Part shown: positions 26,200 to 37,499 of the stretch, piece by piece
How positions within the stretch are numbered: position 1 is the first letter of the stretch
Layout: every line of letters begins with the position of its first letter
Assembly (NCBI GenBank): GCA_964187785.1
Contig: OZ076409.1
Coordinates: 31,620,001-31,684,000 of the forward strand
From: Amphiscolops sp. MND2022
Lineage: Eukaryota
Reading direction: 5' to 3'
Length of the DNA: 64,000 bases
Translations under genes and position numbers: made by a program
The notes under the pieces: model-generated
What the model saw: only the letters and a program-made list of their open reading frames with translations
Told to the model about the DNA's origin: nothing
Database searches by the model: none

Positions 26200-26557
26200 A
26201 ATTGAAGTGAGAGTTCAAGGCTAACACTGTTTTAGAAACCTGCGGAATCGAGGCCCAATTGACTTTTGTTGTAGTTGTCATTGTGGACGAAGATACAACA
26301 GGGTGCTCCCTACTCTTGTGCGCGTGGAGATAGGACTCGCTTCCAAAAATTTTTGGGCAAGCATGACATTGAATGCTTCTATTGAATTTGTGAATATTCC
26401 TCAGATGGCGGATCAAATTCTTCGAAGAAGTCCATGTTACTTCACAATGTCCACAACTGAAAGACCATAGAGAGGGCTCTTTTTTGTGAACAGCTCTGAT
26501 ATGTTTGAAAAGTCGTTTGGTTTGGAAGTTGTCTCGGCAGTCTGGGCAAGGAAACAT
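26177..26557 (-). CDS. Three C2H2 zinc fingers, probably the frameshifted N-terminus of the lineage-B pPolB ORF
   Basis: CPDC..HIRAVH, CGHC..HLRNIH, CHAC..HKSREH. Overlaps the 5' end of ORF 25588-26199 on the same strand. Confidence 0.75.
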   Translation of the reverse strand: MFPCPDCRDNFQTKRLFKHIRAVHKKEPSLWSFSCGHCEVTWTSSKNLIRHLRNIHKFNRSIQCHACPKIFGSESYLHAHKSREHPVVSSSTMTTTTKVNWASIPQVSKTVLALNSHFNFATRCSN

Positions 26558-27188
26558 TCTGGCAGTGGGAAATCAAAAACTGAACGTTATATGATGGGTG
26601 AAAATTTGAAAAAGTATTCTATAAACCAAAAAAGAACAAAAGGAGTACTTTTCGAAACATGCCAGATCAAATTTAATTTTCACCCATCATTAGAGTAGAT
26701 GTTAGAGAAGTAGGTTATTCAAATGCATGTCTATCATTCAGTAGCTAAACTTGAAAAGATTCTCAGTTGTGTTAATTATATACCAAGAAGAATACTCAGG
26801 TTCACCAAAGTTGAACAAAAGTCGAGTTATCAAGGTTCATCGACAAATAAAAACAACTGAGAAGAAAATTTGAAGTCCAACATTATCGAAATCAACTTCA
26901 ATTGACATTGCATAATTAATTACTTCTAGGCAGACTCGTAAATGACCAGATTCTCAGTTATGTTTATTCGATAAAGAAAAGATCGTTTAGGTTCATTATT
27001 AAAGTTGAGCTGAAGTCAGCTTATCAGGGTTCATTAGCTTATTTGGACAATGTGTGAAACAGTTTTGACATTATCGAAGTGAACTCGGAAAAACTTCGGG
27101 CCCTTTGAAAAACAAAGGTGTCAAAAAATTTGAAAAGTGACAAAAAATGAGATAAAAGTCGGCTGGAAAGGAGTATAAAAGGCGACAC

Positions 27189-27626
27189 TTGGAATATATA
27201 TTCATTGAAGTTCCTGTTGAAAAACGCTCAATATTGGTTTTTAAAACTCTGCATCGTTGGAATTTCCAAATCATCAACCTAAACAACTTTAAAATATTGA
27301 TTCATGAATCAAGAGAGGTCACGATTCGCGAAACACGAAACCCCGGACAAGAGAGCAGCATCGAAATAAAGGTCCTCAAGAAGCGAGTGGACGAATTTTG
27401 CGAAGCTGGCGGGGTGATCGGCACCGAGGCTTCCTTCCCTGAGAAGGCCTTCACGAAACTGATGAGGATCAATTGGACAATTTTCTTCGGGATGCTGGGC
27501 AACGGTAAATTGCCTCAGGAGATGCTGGTGCCGACCCCCGCCAACGAGGACGCAGGGCTTCGTATGGAATCCCGTTTCACGTCAACACATTTCTCTGAAG
27601 TCGGTAAGCATGAACATATTAAATAG
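27189..27626 (+). CDS. Hypothetical protein, putative Polinton accessory ORF (145 aa)
   Basis: Open, GC-richer ORF inside element B, divergent from ZnF-pPolB. No recognised motif. Confidence 0.4.
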   Translation: MEYIFIEVPVEKRSILVFKTLHRWNFQIINLNNFKILIHESREVTIRETRNPGQESSIEIKVLKKRVDEFCEAGGVIGTEASFPEKAFTKLMRINWTIFFGMLGNGKLPQEMLVPTPANEDAGLRMESRFTSTHFSEVGKHEHIK

Positions 27627-27703
27627 GATTAATGTTGGTCAAAGAGAGAGGGACTCAGGCAAATTAGTCTTGAATCGGGCTTGAAGGATCACTAACATAT
27701 TCA

Positions 27704-28351
27704 GTGCAACCCTTTTCTTTGGGCGCTTGTGCCTCACAAGACGATGACTTTATCAAGATGCGTGATGACTTAGGTTGTATTGAAGTGATTTGTTTCAATT
27801 CGATAACACTTCTCATTTCATGTTTAGAAGAGAAGACAGCATTCAGGGCGCCAGTGAGCATATACAACTCGAACACACATACAAAGAAGAGTGTGTATGT
27901 GACAATGAAGGCCTTCCGTTGGGAGCCCGAATGGTCAGAATTCAATCGAGTTGGGCAAGTAATTACGCTGCATCATTGTGAGATGATGCGGCTGATTACG
28001 GAAAATAACGCCTATCTGGATAGAATTGTCGCTCCTTCTGGTAAGCCAACGGGAGAGAGCACTTGCGAGGAGGAAGACCGACCCTTGTCACTACTGAAAG
28101 CTGGGATGTCAAAGCGCAACAAAAAAACAGGATCTTCCTCCTCGCAAGTGCAAAAGAAAATACCAAAAAAGACGGCCCTTGCGGAAGTGACTTCAACAAC
28201 GCCCGCAGTTGATGCCCCAAAGGAGACCACTAGCGAAAAAATCACTAAGATATTGAGGATGAAAACTAATTGTATAGATACAATTGATTTGTATTATTTT
28301 ATTCAGTACCTAATTGTATATTGTTATATTACCTCCAAGTTTTGCTGCTAG
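27704..28351 (+). CDS. Hypothetical protein, putative Polinton accessory ORF (215 aa; globular N-half, K/S/T-rich tail)
   Basis: Open ORF inside element B. No confidently recognised family. Confidence 0.45.
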   Translation: MQPFSLGACASQDDDFIKMRDDLGCIEVICFNSITLLISCLEEKTAFRAPVSIYNSNTHTKKSVYVTMKAFRWEPEWSEFNRVGQVITLHHCEMMRLITENNAYLDRIVAPSGKPTGESTCEEEDRPLSLLKAGMSKRNKKTGSSSSQVQKKIPKKTALAEVTSTTPAVDAPKETTSEKITKILRMKTNCIDTIDLYYFIQYLIVYCYITSKFCC

Positions 28352-28939
28352 TTAGCAAATGACACATCAAGTTTGAAAAATACATCAAGTATTTCGAGTA
28401 AAAACAGTGAAAAAAAGTCATCATGAGAGCGGGTTTTCAAAGTGACTGCGATCAGATTCGATCCGCGTTTAAAATACCTTTCAAATTTTCAAATTGATCT
28501 AAAGATGAAAATTGAAGTACGGAAATGTGCGAAAGTAGAAATTCATTTTAATTCCAAAATTGGTTTGAGCAAAACCGCTTGCTCCAATGCTTACTAAACG
28601 CGCCGTGCCGGCGCGCTGTTCCTTGCGGCCCAGTATTACGACTTACATGAATTCCATCGTGGTCTACACCACTAGGGTACAGGCGCACTGATTTAGAATG
28701 AAATTGAAAAATTGTAATTAGCAGCGTGAAGAATTAAAAAAAGCGATGAATGCAGTATTAGGAATGAGAAACATCAAATTGAATTAAATTGAGAATACAG
28801 CTATTCGGTGTGGTGGCCGTTCAAACTTCGATGACATTGAATAACTCTAGGGTTGAATTGACACAGCATTGCAATTCAATCATTCCAAAACACAGCATTG
28901 AATAAATCAAACATTGGAAAGAATCATTAGCAGTAACAC

Positions 28940-29597
28940 TTACATCGATAGTTCGAGTTTGTGTAAATCGAATAGGTTCAAGGTTAAACATAAATTTGCG
29001 AAAATTGCAGAATTTTGTGGGAAAACAATAGGAAGAAACGAAAGTGTGCGAATACCCCTACCAACGTATACTACTAATGATTTTGTTTCTTGCATTTTTT
29101 TTAGTTTTTCTAAATCATCACGAATATGAATTGAATACATTTATTAATATAAACTAATCTTAAATTATAATTCATAGACATATTCATACTTGTATAATGA
29201 ATTTTGCCCAGATATAAACCCTTCCCTTTATGAACACTTTTTATAATATCAGGAGCAGCAGCAGCAGTTATGGCTCGTAGATTTTTACTTGCTGCTGCTG
29301 AAGTTATTTTAGCTGCGAGCTTCAGTGCTCTTCGGGGATTATTGAGTATTTTCTTTCCAACAATTTTAGCTGCATTTCCTAACGAAGAAAAGAAATTAAC
29401 CAATCCTTCTGCAGCAATAGTTTGATCTGATACTTCGTGGATTTATTTCTTTTACATGTTACATACTTGCCACGTAGTAGTTTTACTAGCATGCCAGTTT
29501 TTTTATTCTGAGTAATATCTCCTTTGATGTTTGTTGTTGCAGAATAGTGTTTGCCACCAACACGATAAGAGTTACTATTAATTTTATTGAAGCTCAT
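28940..29597 (-). pseudogene. Cluster of three small Polinton-type ORFs (basic Ala/Lys-rich 97-aa ORF; C..RNKS-type 72-aa ORF; truncated DDLEKL ORF)
   Basis: Tightly packed, overlapping, co-oriented small ORFs directly downstream of the penton-like gene, as in compact viral gene arrays. Family assignment from recall only. Confidence 0.5.
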
Positions 29598-29611
29598 TAT
29601 TTACTTAAATT

Positions 29612-30604
29612 AAATCTTGATGATTTGAATTGTGAATGTGAGTGCCTCATTGCTGAAGTATACTGGGTTATGGTTCGGGTCTTTTAAGAAAAATTGTGTG
29701 TGGGTTAGTCTTGTTTTGTTTGTCTTTGTGTGTAAAACAGTGTGGGGTTGTTTATAATTTTATATCCTAGTGGGGATGAAAAATTGAAACTAAACAAGAT
29801 TTGTTCTCGAACTCCTTTAACAATTGAGCCATCTACACAATCACACTTCAAATGAACTTTGTCTACGCTCGAAATCATAACTTTGTTTTCTATGACTTCC
29901 TTTACTATGTTTTAGATGTGAAGTTTATTCAATTCTGAATTAAACCTAATCGGGCTTGAGGTTGTTGAGACTGATTTCATTGATATGGTGTCAGGTATTA
30001 TATTGAGTTTAATTACAGAATCAGTTGGTTTTACTTTTATATCATCTACTTCATAAATTCAATCAGCAAGTTTTTTTAAAGCATTGATTTCAACTAATTC
30101 TTATGCTCCTGGTGGTAATTCTATTCCAATATAGTCTAGTTCAGTTTCAAAGTCAGGAATATTTATATGTTGATCAGGATATTTAAAGACTTCGATTAAT
30201 TCCTTTAAATTATTAAAAGTCTTTTCTGGTAAGTTTAGAATAAGTATTATAACTTATTTATAGGTGTATCAGTTTTTTTTACAATTTTATCATCAGAGGT
30301 TTCATATGAACTTGCATTATTCGGTAATTCAGTATCAATCCCAAGTTCTTCTGGTTGTTGTTCTGTTAGAAGAATTTCAAGTTTTTTGATGGCGGGAGTT
30401 ATTAACGGTATTGTATACTTCTAAACTGGTAACTCCCATCATCTATTGTTCGTTTAGTTCGAGAAGAACATCAAATGAAAAATATTCTTTTTGTGTGATC
30501 ATTTTAAATTCTAGGGTTTCTTGTGGTTTAGAATGAGCATTTTCAACAGTTTCTTGATTAGATTTAGCAATATTCAGCAAATGAGATTCCTTTTAATCAT
30601 AGAT
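29612..30604 (-). pseudogene. Polinton minor capsid (penton)-like gene, degraded; start codon separated by the LINE insertion
   Basis: N-term LLNIAKSNQETVENAHSKPQETLEFKM. C-term KVHLKCDCVDGSIVKGVREQILFSF...GYKIINNP...NEALTFTIQIIKI* resembles Polinton penton jelly-roll motifs. Confidence 0.55.
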
Positions 30605-33600
30605 AGATAGATAAAGATTTATAGTAATTTTCAGAAGCAAAGAACAACAGCGAATATGCGAACCACAAAAGTAAACAATCGAACAAATTTTATTGCTAAA
30701 CAAAACATGGTGTGATTTAACATAAAGAAATAGATTCGAAGTGTATAGGTGACGCGAGTCAAGAAGACTCAGCAGTCATTTTTGACACGAATTAGCTATC
30801 AAAGATCATTTAGCTCCTGCAACTTGGGCAAAAGCATTTAACGAAGAAAGTGCAGGACAGATGTAGCATGAATTTAGAGTCGCGAAGGGAACATAAATAG
30901 GAGTGAAGGCTGGATTTGAATTTTTGAAAGGGCCATCCGAAGTCAATTACACGATTTCGGCGATGATAGTTTCCTGTTCCGACTGATCGCAAGAAGAAAT
31001 TGTCGTGTGTTTTGAATTTACTACAGATTTTCATTTCTAAGAGCGGCTGGACATTTGATCTCGTCGCAATTGAGGAGACGCTAAATGAAATTTTTGAGCT
31101 AAAGTCGGAATCAATTTTTCCATTGAGGATCCGCCAGAGAAGCAACATATCTTTTTCAATCAGGATATAACACAGGGGCAGGAAGTTCCAAGTCTCCAGC
31201 CACTCTTGGTAAGAGGCAAACGGATGTAACCAGCGGAAGATTATTTTCTGAAATGCTTCTAATTTCTTCAAACAAGTAACTGAAGGACACCAAACTTCGC
31301 TGCAGTAAAGGAGAATTGATAAAATAAGGGACTGATAGAGTTGCAATGTTCTCCAGCAAGAGAGTCCAGAGGGTATACGCCTCTTTATGAGAGCCAAAAT
31401 TTGAGAACATTTATGTAACTGATATTTGATGTGTGAGTCCCAACATAATCTATTGCCAATAAGAAGACCAAAATCTTTAATTTCGTTGACTCCGCAAATG
31501 GGTACATCCATCATAGACAGCGATAAATTTCCCTGGCCAAAACACATAAAGTTGATTTTATCGAGATGGAATATCATCCTGTTGTCATCAGCCCAGAGAG
31601 TAAAGAATTAATATCACTGTTTAATTGAATAGCGCAAGCACTCGAAAATATTTGAACCCTAGTTTTGAGATCATCAGCATAGAGCAATGATTCGGTATAT
31701 TGCAAGATGCCATAGATATCATTAATGAATAATGTAAATAAAAGACCGCGTACACTGCCTTGAGGAACGCCGGATGTTACATTCTTCAACTCAGAAACAC
31801 TTTGATCCAATTTCACGCACTGCCTACGATTGGAAAAATAAGATTCAAATAACAGCAGGAATTTTTCATCAAACTCAAAAGTTTTCAACTGTTTCTTGAT
31901 TAGATTTAGCAATATTCAGCAAACGAGATTCCTTTTAATCATAGATAGATAGATAAAGATTTATATTAATTTTCAGAAGCAAAGAACAACAGCGAATATG
32001 CGAACCACAAAAGTAAACAATCGAACAAATATTATTGCTAAACAAAACATGGTGTGATTTAACATAAAGAAATAGATTCGAAGTGTATAGGTGACGCGAG
32101 TCAAGAAGACTCAGCAGTCATTTTTGACACGAATTAGCTATCAAAGATCATTTAGCTCCTGCAACTAGGGCAAAAGCATTTAACGAAGAAAGTGCAGGAC
32201 AGATGTAGCATGAATTTAGAGTCGCGAAGGGAACATAAATAGGAGTGAAGGCTGGATTTGAATTTTTGAAAGGGCCATCCGAAGTCAATTACACGATTTC
32301 GGCGATGATAGTTTCCTGTTCCGACTGATCGCAAGAAGAAATTGTCGTGTGTTTTGAATTTACTACAGATTTTCATTTCTAAGAGCGGCTGGACATTTGA
32401 TCTCGTCGCAATTGAGGAGACGCTAAATGAAATTTTTGAGCTAAAGTCGGAATCAATTTTTCCATTGAGGATCCGCCAGAGAAGCAACATATCTTTTTCA
32501 ATCAGGATATAACACAGGGGCAGGAAGTTCCAAGTCTCCAGCCACTCTTGGTAAGAGGCAAACGGATGTAACCAGCGGAAGATTATTTTCTGAAATGCTT
32601 CTAATTTCTTCAAACAAGTAACTGAAGGACACCAAACTTCGCTGCAGTAAAGGAGAATTGATAAAATAAGGGACTGATAGAGTTGCAATGTTCTCCAGCA
32701 AGAGAGTCCAGAGGGTATACGCCTCTTTATGAGAGCCAAAATTTGAGAACATTTATGTAACTGATATTTGATGTGTGAGTCCCAACATAATCTATTGCCA
32801 ATAAGAAGACCAAAATCTTTAATTTCGTTGACTTCGCAAATGGGTACATCCATCATAGACAGCGATAAATTTCCCTGGCCAAAACACATAAAGTTGATTT
32901 TATCGAGATGGAATATCATCCTGTTGTCGTCAGCCCAGAGAGTAAAGAATTAATATCACTGTCTAATTGAATAGCGCAAGCACTCGAAAATATTTGAACC
33001 CTAGTTTTGAGATCATCAGCATAGAGCAATGATTCGGTATATTGCAAGATGCCATAGATATCATTAATGAATAATGTAAATAAAAGACCGCGTACACTGC
33101 CTTGAGGAACGCCGGATGTTACATTCTTCAACTCAGAAACACTTTGATCCAATTTCACGCACTGCCTACGATTGGAAAAATAAGATTCAAATAACAGCAG
33201 GAATTTTTCATCAAACTCAAAAGTTTTCAACTGTTTCTTGATTAGATTTAGCAATATTCAGCAAACGAGATTCCTTTTAATCATAGATAGATAGATAAAG
33301 ATTTATATTAATTTTCAGAAGCAAAGAACAACAGCGAATATGCGAACCACAAAAGTAAACAATCGAACAAATATTATTGCTAAACAAAACATGGTGTGAT
33401 TTAACATAAAGAAATAGATTCGAAGTGTATAGGTGACGCGAGTCAAGAAGACTCAGCAGTCATTTTTGACACGAATTAGCTATCAAAGATCATTTAGCTC
33501 CTGCAACTAGGGCAAAAGCATTTAACGAAGAAAGTGCAGGACAGATGTAGCATGAATTTAGAGTCGCGAAGGGAACATAAATAGGAGTGAAGGCTGGATT

Positions 33601-34570
33601 TGAATTTTTGAAAGGGCCATCCGAAGTCAATTACACGATTTCGGCGATGATAGTTTCCTGTTCCGACTGATCGCAAGAAGAAATTGTCGTGTGTTTTGAA
33701 TTTACTACAGATTTTCATTTCTAAGAGCGGCTGGACATTTGATCTCGTCGCAATTGAGGAGACGCTAAATGAAATTTTTGAGCTAAAGTCGGAATCAATT
33801 TTTCCATTGAGGATCCGCCAGAGAAGCAACATATCTTTTTCAATCAGGATATAACACAGGGGCAGGAAGTTCCAAGTCTCCAGCCACTCTTGATAAGAGG
33901 CAAACGGATGTAACCAGCGGAAGATTTTTTTCTGAAATGCTTCTAATTTCTTCAAACAAGTTACTGAAGGACACCAAACTTCGCTGCAGTAAAGGAGAAT
34001 TGATAAAATAAGGGACTGATAGAGTTGCAATTTTCTCCAGCAAGAGAGTCCAGAAGGTATACGCCTCTTTATGAGAGCCAAAATTTGAGAACATTTATGT
34101 AACTGATATTTGATGTGTGAGTCCCAACATAATCTATTGCCAATAAGAAGACCAAAATCTTTAATTTCGTTGACTTCGCAAATGGGTACATCCATCATAG
34201 ACAGCGATAAATTTCCCTGGCCAAAACACATAAAGTTGATTTTATCGAGATGGAATATCATCCTGTTGTCGTCAGCCCAGAGAGTAAAGAATTAATATCA
34301 CTGTCTAATTGAATAGCGCAAGCACTCGAAAATATTTGAACCCTAGTTTTGAGATCATCAGCATAGAGCAATGATTCGGTATATTGCAAGATGCCATAGA
34401 TATCATTAATGAATAATGTAAATAAAAGACCGCGTACACTGCCTTGAGGAACGCCGGATGTTACATTCTTCAACTCAGAAACACTTTGATCCAATTTCAC
34501 GCACTGCCTACGATTGGAAAAATAAGATTCAAATAACAGCAGGAATTTTTCATCAAACCCAAAAGTTTTA
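30545..34570. repeat. Tandem triplication of a 1342-bp unit (LINE 3' end plus ~55 bp of flanking Polinton DNA)
   Basis: Near-identical ORFs at 30810/32152/33494 (exact 1342 spacing), with only scattered SNPs. Confidence 0.95.
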
Positions 34571-35104
34571 TCAGTAGTTTATCGTGAGATACATGGTCAA
34601 ATGCCTTTTTGAAATCAAAATATACCGAGCAAACGGATACACTCTCATCAAAAGAGCGATAAAGTCTATCGAGAAAAAGCAGTTGAGATAGCGTACTACG
34701 TCCTTTTATAAATCCATGCTAAGATGGGGAGATTTGTGCACGAACTAAGGGGAAATTGTATCTAAATAGCATACGCTCGAAAACCAGAGACATCTTCACT
34801 AAAGTGGTAATTGGTCGATAGTTTTGAGCCATTGAAAACGATCCATTTTTGTGTAGGGGAATGATGAAAGCAGTTTTCCATTCATCAGGCTAAATTCCAG
34901 TTTCAAAAATGCATTGAAAGAGCGAATGTACAAGAGGAGCAAGAATAGAAGCTGAATGATGGAGAACAAATGCAGGAATATTGTCACTCCCGGCTGATGG
35001 GTTATCATCACATTCTTTCAGCATATTCTCGACTTCGGAGACAACTACAAGAGAGTCTGAAAGGATGATACTTGGGATTTATAAGATACAAAGTTTTGAT
35101 AGAT
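30599..35104 (-). mobile_element. 5'-truncated CR1/L2/Jockey-group LINE (RT plus C-terminus, (TCTA)n tail) with ATAGAT target-site duplication
   Basis: NYRPIT, DFKKAFD.V.H..L, SGVPQGS, LYADD motifs. ATAGAT at 30599-30604 and 35099-35104. Microsatellite tail AGATAGATAGAT on +. Confidence 0.9.
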
Positions 35105-35111
35105 CCATTTA

Positions 35112-35321
35112 TCATACATGAAAATATTTAAATCCACTAGCAGCTATGTTGTTCATAAATTCTTGGTTTTGTTTTGATAATTTTTTCTTACTTTTCGGAT
35201 TATGATTTTCATGATACTCATTCGGATGATCTTGATTTGCAGACATATTTTCATGGTTCGGATGATATTGATGTTCTGAGATGATTTTAAATTGAGTTGA
35301 ATAAGCATTAATTTTCTTCAT
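35112..35321 (-). CDS. Small Polinton-type ORF (69 aa) upstream of the penton-like gene
   Basis: Co-oriented and abutting the reconstructed penton start. No function recognised. Confidence 0.4.
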   Translation of the reverse strand: MKKINAYSTQFKIISEHQYHPNHENMSANQDHPNEYHENHNPKSKKKLSKQNQEFMNNIAASGFKYFHV

Positions 35322-35476
35322 TTATTGATGATAATTTTTCAAAATATGATTGGTAGTATAAATTTAGTACTGCATTTTTAAAACCAATTGTTTTTGAAAG
35401 ATATAAAACATATTAACGATACGCTGCGCAATAACTATCATTATTCTGAATTTCATATTCTGAATAGATACCTTTG

Positions 35477-35704
35477 TTAATGTGATTCATTGTTTAGTGG
35501 AGGAGGGCAGCCATGTGAATCAAAGTAATACTCGTTAATAAACATAACCCAATGTGTTCCTTTAGTTGGGTGTAAATTGACTATACCTGACTTTGTATAG
35601 AACGTATCATCTCTCATATATATTCCACACGAAATTTTCATATTTCTATTAGTTTTACAATTCTTGTGGCTGCGTTTTCTAGTCCATATTTTTAACAAAT
35701 TCAT
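35477..35704 (-). pseudogene. Adenain-like (adenovirus-type) cysteine protease remnant of Polinton
   Basis: GIVNLHPTKGTHWV...YYFDSHGCPPP = catalytic His motif and FDS.G of Polinton/adenoviral maturation proteases. The catalytic Cys region is missing. Confidence 0.8.
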
Positions 35705-35870
35705 TGAAAGAGATGAACATTTATTTAATTAGAGAACGTGTTCACTTTAGATAATGTTTGTTTTGACTACTACAGAGTAGTAAGAGAATTCTATCCTTGG
35801 ATTAGATGAAAGTAAAAATATCAAAAGGCTTTTATTGGCGTGAAACACCAAAAAAGGCCTATTTTTGTTG

Positions 35871-36166
35871 TTTTTGCACATGACGAAGTCAATGTGCATT
35901 GCAGTCCAGCTAAGAAAGTTTTTTTTTCCACAATAGCCAACTTCATAATAAGCGCCTTTTAGAGAAAAGCCAAAACCCCAGAGAGATTCGAACCTGCAGC
36001 CTCCCGATTGCGCGGCATAAGTGTTAACCACTGTGCCATAAGGACGTTTTTGAATAAAGTTGAACTGTTGAATATATACGCATGCGATTAAAATAATATA
36101 TATACGCATATTAAAATAATCCTTGTCTTCGTCATGTGTTGCGAAGCACCGCTTCGCCTCTGTGTT
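35871..36166 (+). mobile_element. HINE-B: ~295-bp non-autonomous Helentron-like element inserted in the Polinton B right TIR
   Basis: 12-bp sub-terminal inverted repeats CACATGACGAAG (35877-35888) / CTTCGTCATGTG (36127-36138). 3' hairpin GCGAAGC-ACC-GCTTCGC (36141-36157). T-run ends. Absent from the left-TIR copy at 22478-22587. Confidence 0.75.
35975..36046 (-). pseudogene. tRNA-derived sequence (Pol III A and B boxes) inside HINE-B
   Basis: Minus strand TGGCACAGTGGTTAA (A box) and GGTTCGAATC (B box) at canonical tRNA spacing. The anticodon arm does not pair, so not a functional tRNA. Second copy at ~55455-55525. Confidence 0.7.
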
Positions 36167-36677
36167 AATTTTGGCCTGATCTAAGGAGGGAATTCTCTTA
36201 CTACTTTTCAAGCCTGGAGTGTCCTAACTTTGATTTTTTGGCACGGCACTATGCGACTTTCCAAAAGATTTTTCTCAGAAATAAGGGTGTTTAATGTTTT
36301 AAGCTAGGGAAAAGTGTTTTCCGAGCGTGATGAGCCCCCTCAGATATTTTTTCGGAACACTGCGATTTACCGGAGATTTGAAAAACAAATCTGAAAAGTT
36401 TCCGAAAAAATAATTAATATTAAAATAATATATATACGCATATTAAAATAATCGTTGTCTTCGTCATGTGTTGCGAAGCACCGCTTCGCCTCTGTGTTAA
36501 TTTTGGCCTGATCTAAGGAGGGAATTCTCTTACTACTTTTCAAGCCTGGAGTGTCCTAACTTTGATTTTTTGGCACGGCACTGTGCGACTTTCCAAAAGA
36601 TTTTTCTCAGAAATAAGGGTGTTTAATGTTTTAAGCTAGGGAAAAGTGTTTTCCGAGCGTGATGAGCCCCCTCAGAT
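36088..36677. repeat. 332-bp-period tandem duplication of the Polinton B right end plus flank
   Basis: The second AATTCTCTTACTACT ends at 36537, 332 nt after 36205. The copies are near-identical. Confidence 0.9.
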
Positions 36678-36861
36678 AATGTCGCCAGTTTTTTTAAAGC
36701 AACCTTGAGCATAGTTAAAAGCTTCTCGAACCTTGGACGGGTGCCGACCTCAAACGGTCCCGTCTTGACCCTTCAGCTGGGCGCCAATTTAGGCCGTTCT
36801 CGCTTGACTATAATTCATACAGACTTCTGTGACGAGACAACCAATACTTATATTTTTTCAG

Positions 36862-36896
36862 GGATGCTCGTTCGAAGAAGATTGAAATTTATTCGG
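36862..36896 (+). CDS. MORC2: MORC exon 3 (DARSKKIEIYS), 35 nt
   Basis: TTTTTTCAG| acceptor, |GTGAGT donor. Phases fit exon 2 (AA|G=Lys) and exon 4 (G|AG=Glu). Aligns to the MORC DADATRIDIYA segment. Confidence 0.85.
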
Positions 36897-37499
36897 GTGA
36901 GTCTGCTCCACTTCATCATCAAAAAACTTATGTCATAAAAAATTGAAGATTTTTCATTTTGATTCAATAAATATTGAAACGAAAAGGGTAAGACTTAATA
37001 CGTGTTCTAATGCCATAGTTTGAGAACGCATGTTTTTGGGATACCTGATTGAGTCAATTATGATCCGTTATGGGTTTGAAAACCACTTATAACTAGCTTT
37101 TTATTGGGAAATTCCTACCTTGTGTGTCATTTTTCAAAAATTAACTTTGACTTAATGAGTATTATCTTCACGAATCACATATATGTGTTGTGTTTACAAA
37201 TACTCTACTGAGTTTTTTTAATCTCTGGGATAGCAGGAATAATATAGACAGTGTAAGGATGAGTTGTTCAAACGGGTATGTTTGTTAACCGAGTACCTAG
37301 TAGAAAAGAGTCAGATGTTTTATTCGGCAGTCTAAGCGTGAGATCTAATATCTCAAGCTTCTGGCCACTTAATCTTTGACAAAACGCGAGCGTCCGCCAC
37401 CGCATCAATGAATCGAACGAATGGTATTCGGACGCCGAGAGCTTCACATGTATTCCAATACGAATGCAAAGCGTCATACACGCTTAGTAGTTGTATTCT

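Larger units (their letters stand above)
22478..36205. mobile_element. Polinton/Maverick-like element B (~13.7 kb including a 4.5-kb LINE insertion) in MORC intron 2
   Basis: Starts AGTAGTAAGAGAATTCCCTCCTTA (22478) and ends TAAGGAGGGAATTCTCTTACTACT (36205). Inverted similarity extends ~140 bp once the HINE-B insert is removed. Encloses integrase, pPolB, penton-like and adenain-like protease remnants. No packaging ATPase or clear major capsid seen. Confidence 0.7.

Noticed and set aside
30545-34570. CRISPR-like or functional gene array suggested by three identical 255-aa ORFs
   Set aside because: No repeat-spacer structure; the units are copies of a LINE 3' end plus flank.
35975-36046. Functional tRNA gene
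   Set aside because: A/B boxes are present, but acceptor and anticodon stems do not pair and the sequence is embedded in a repeated mobile element.
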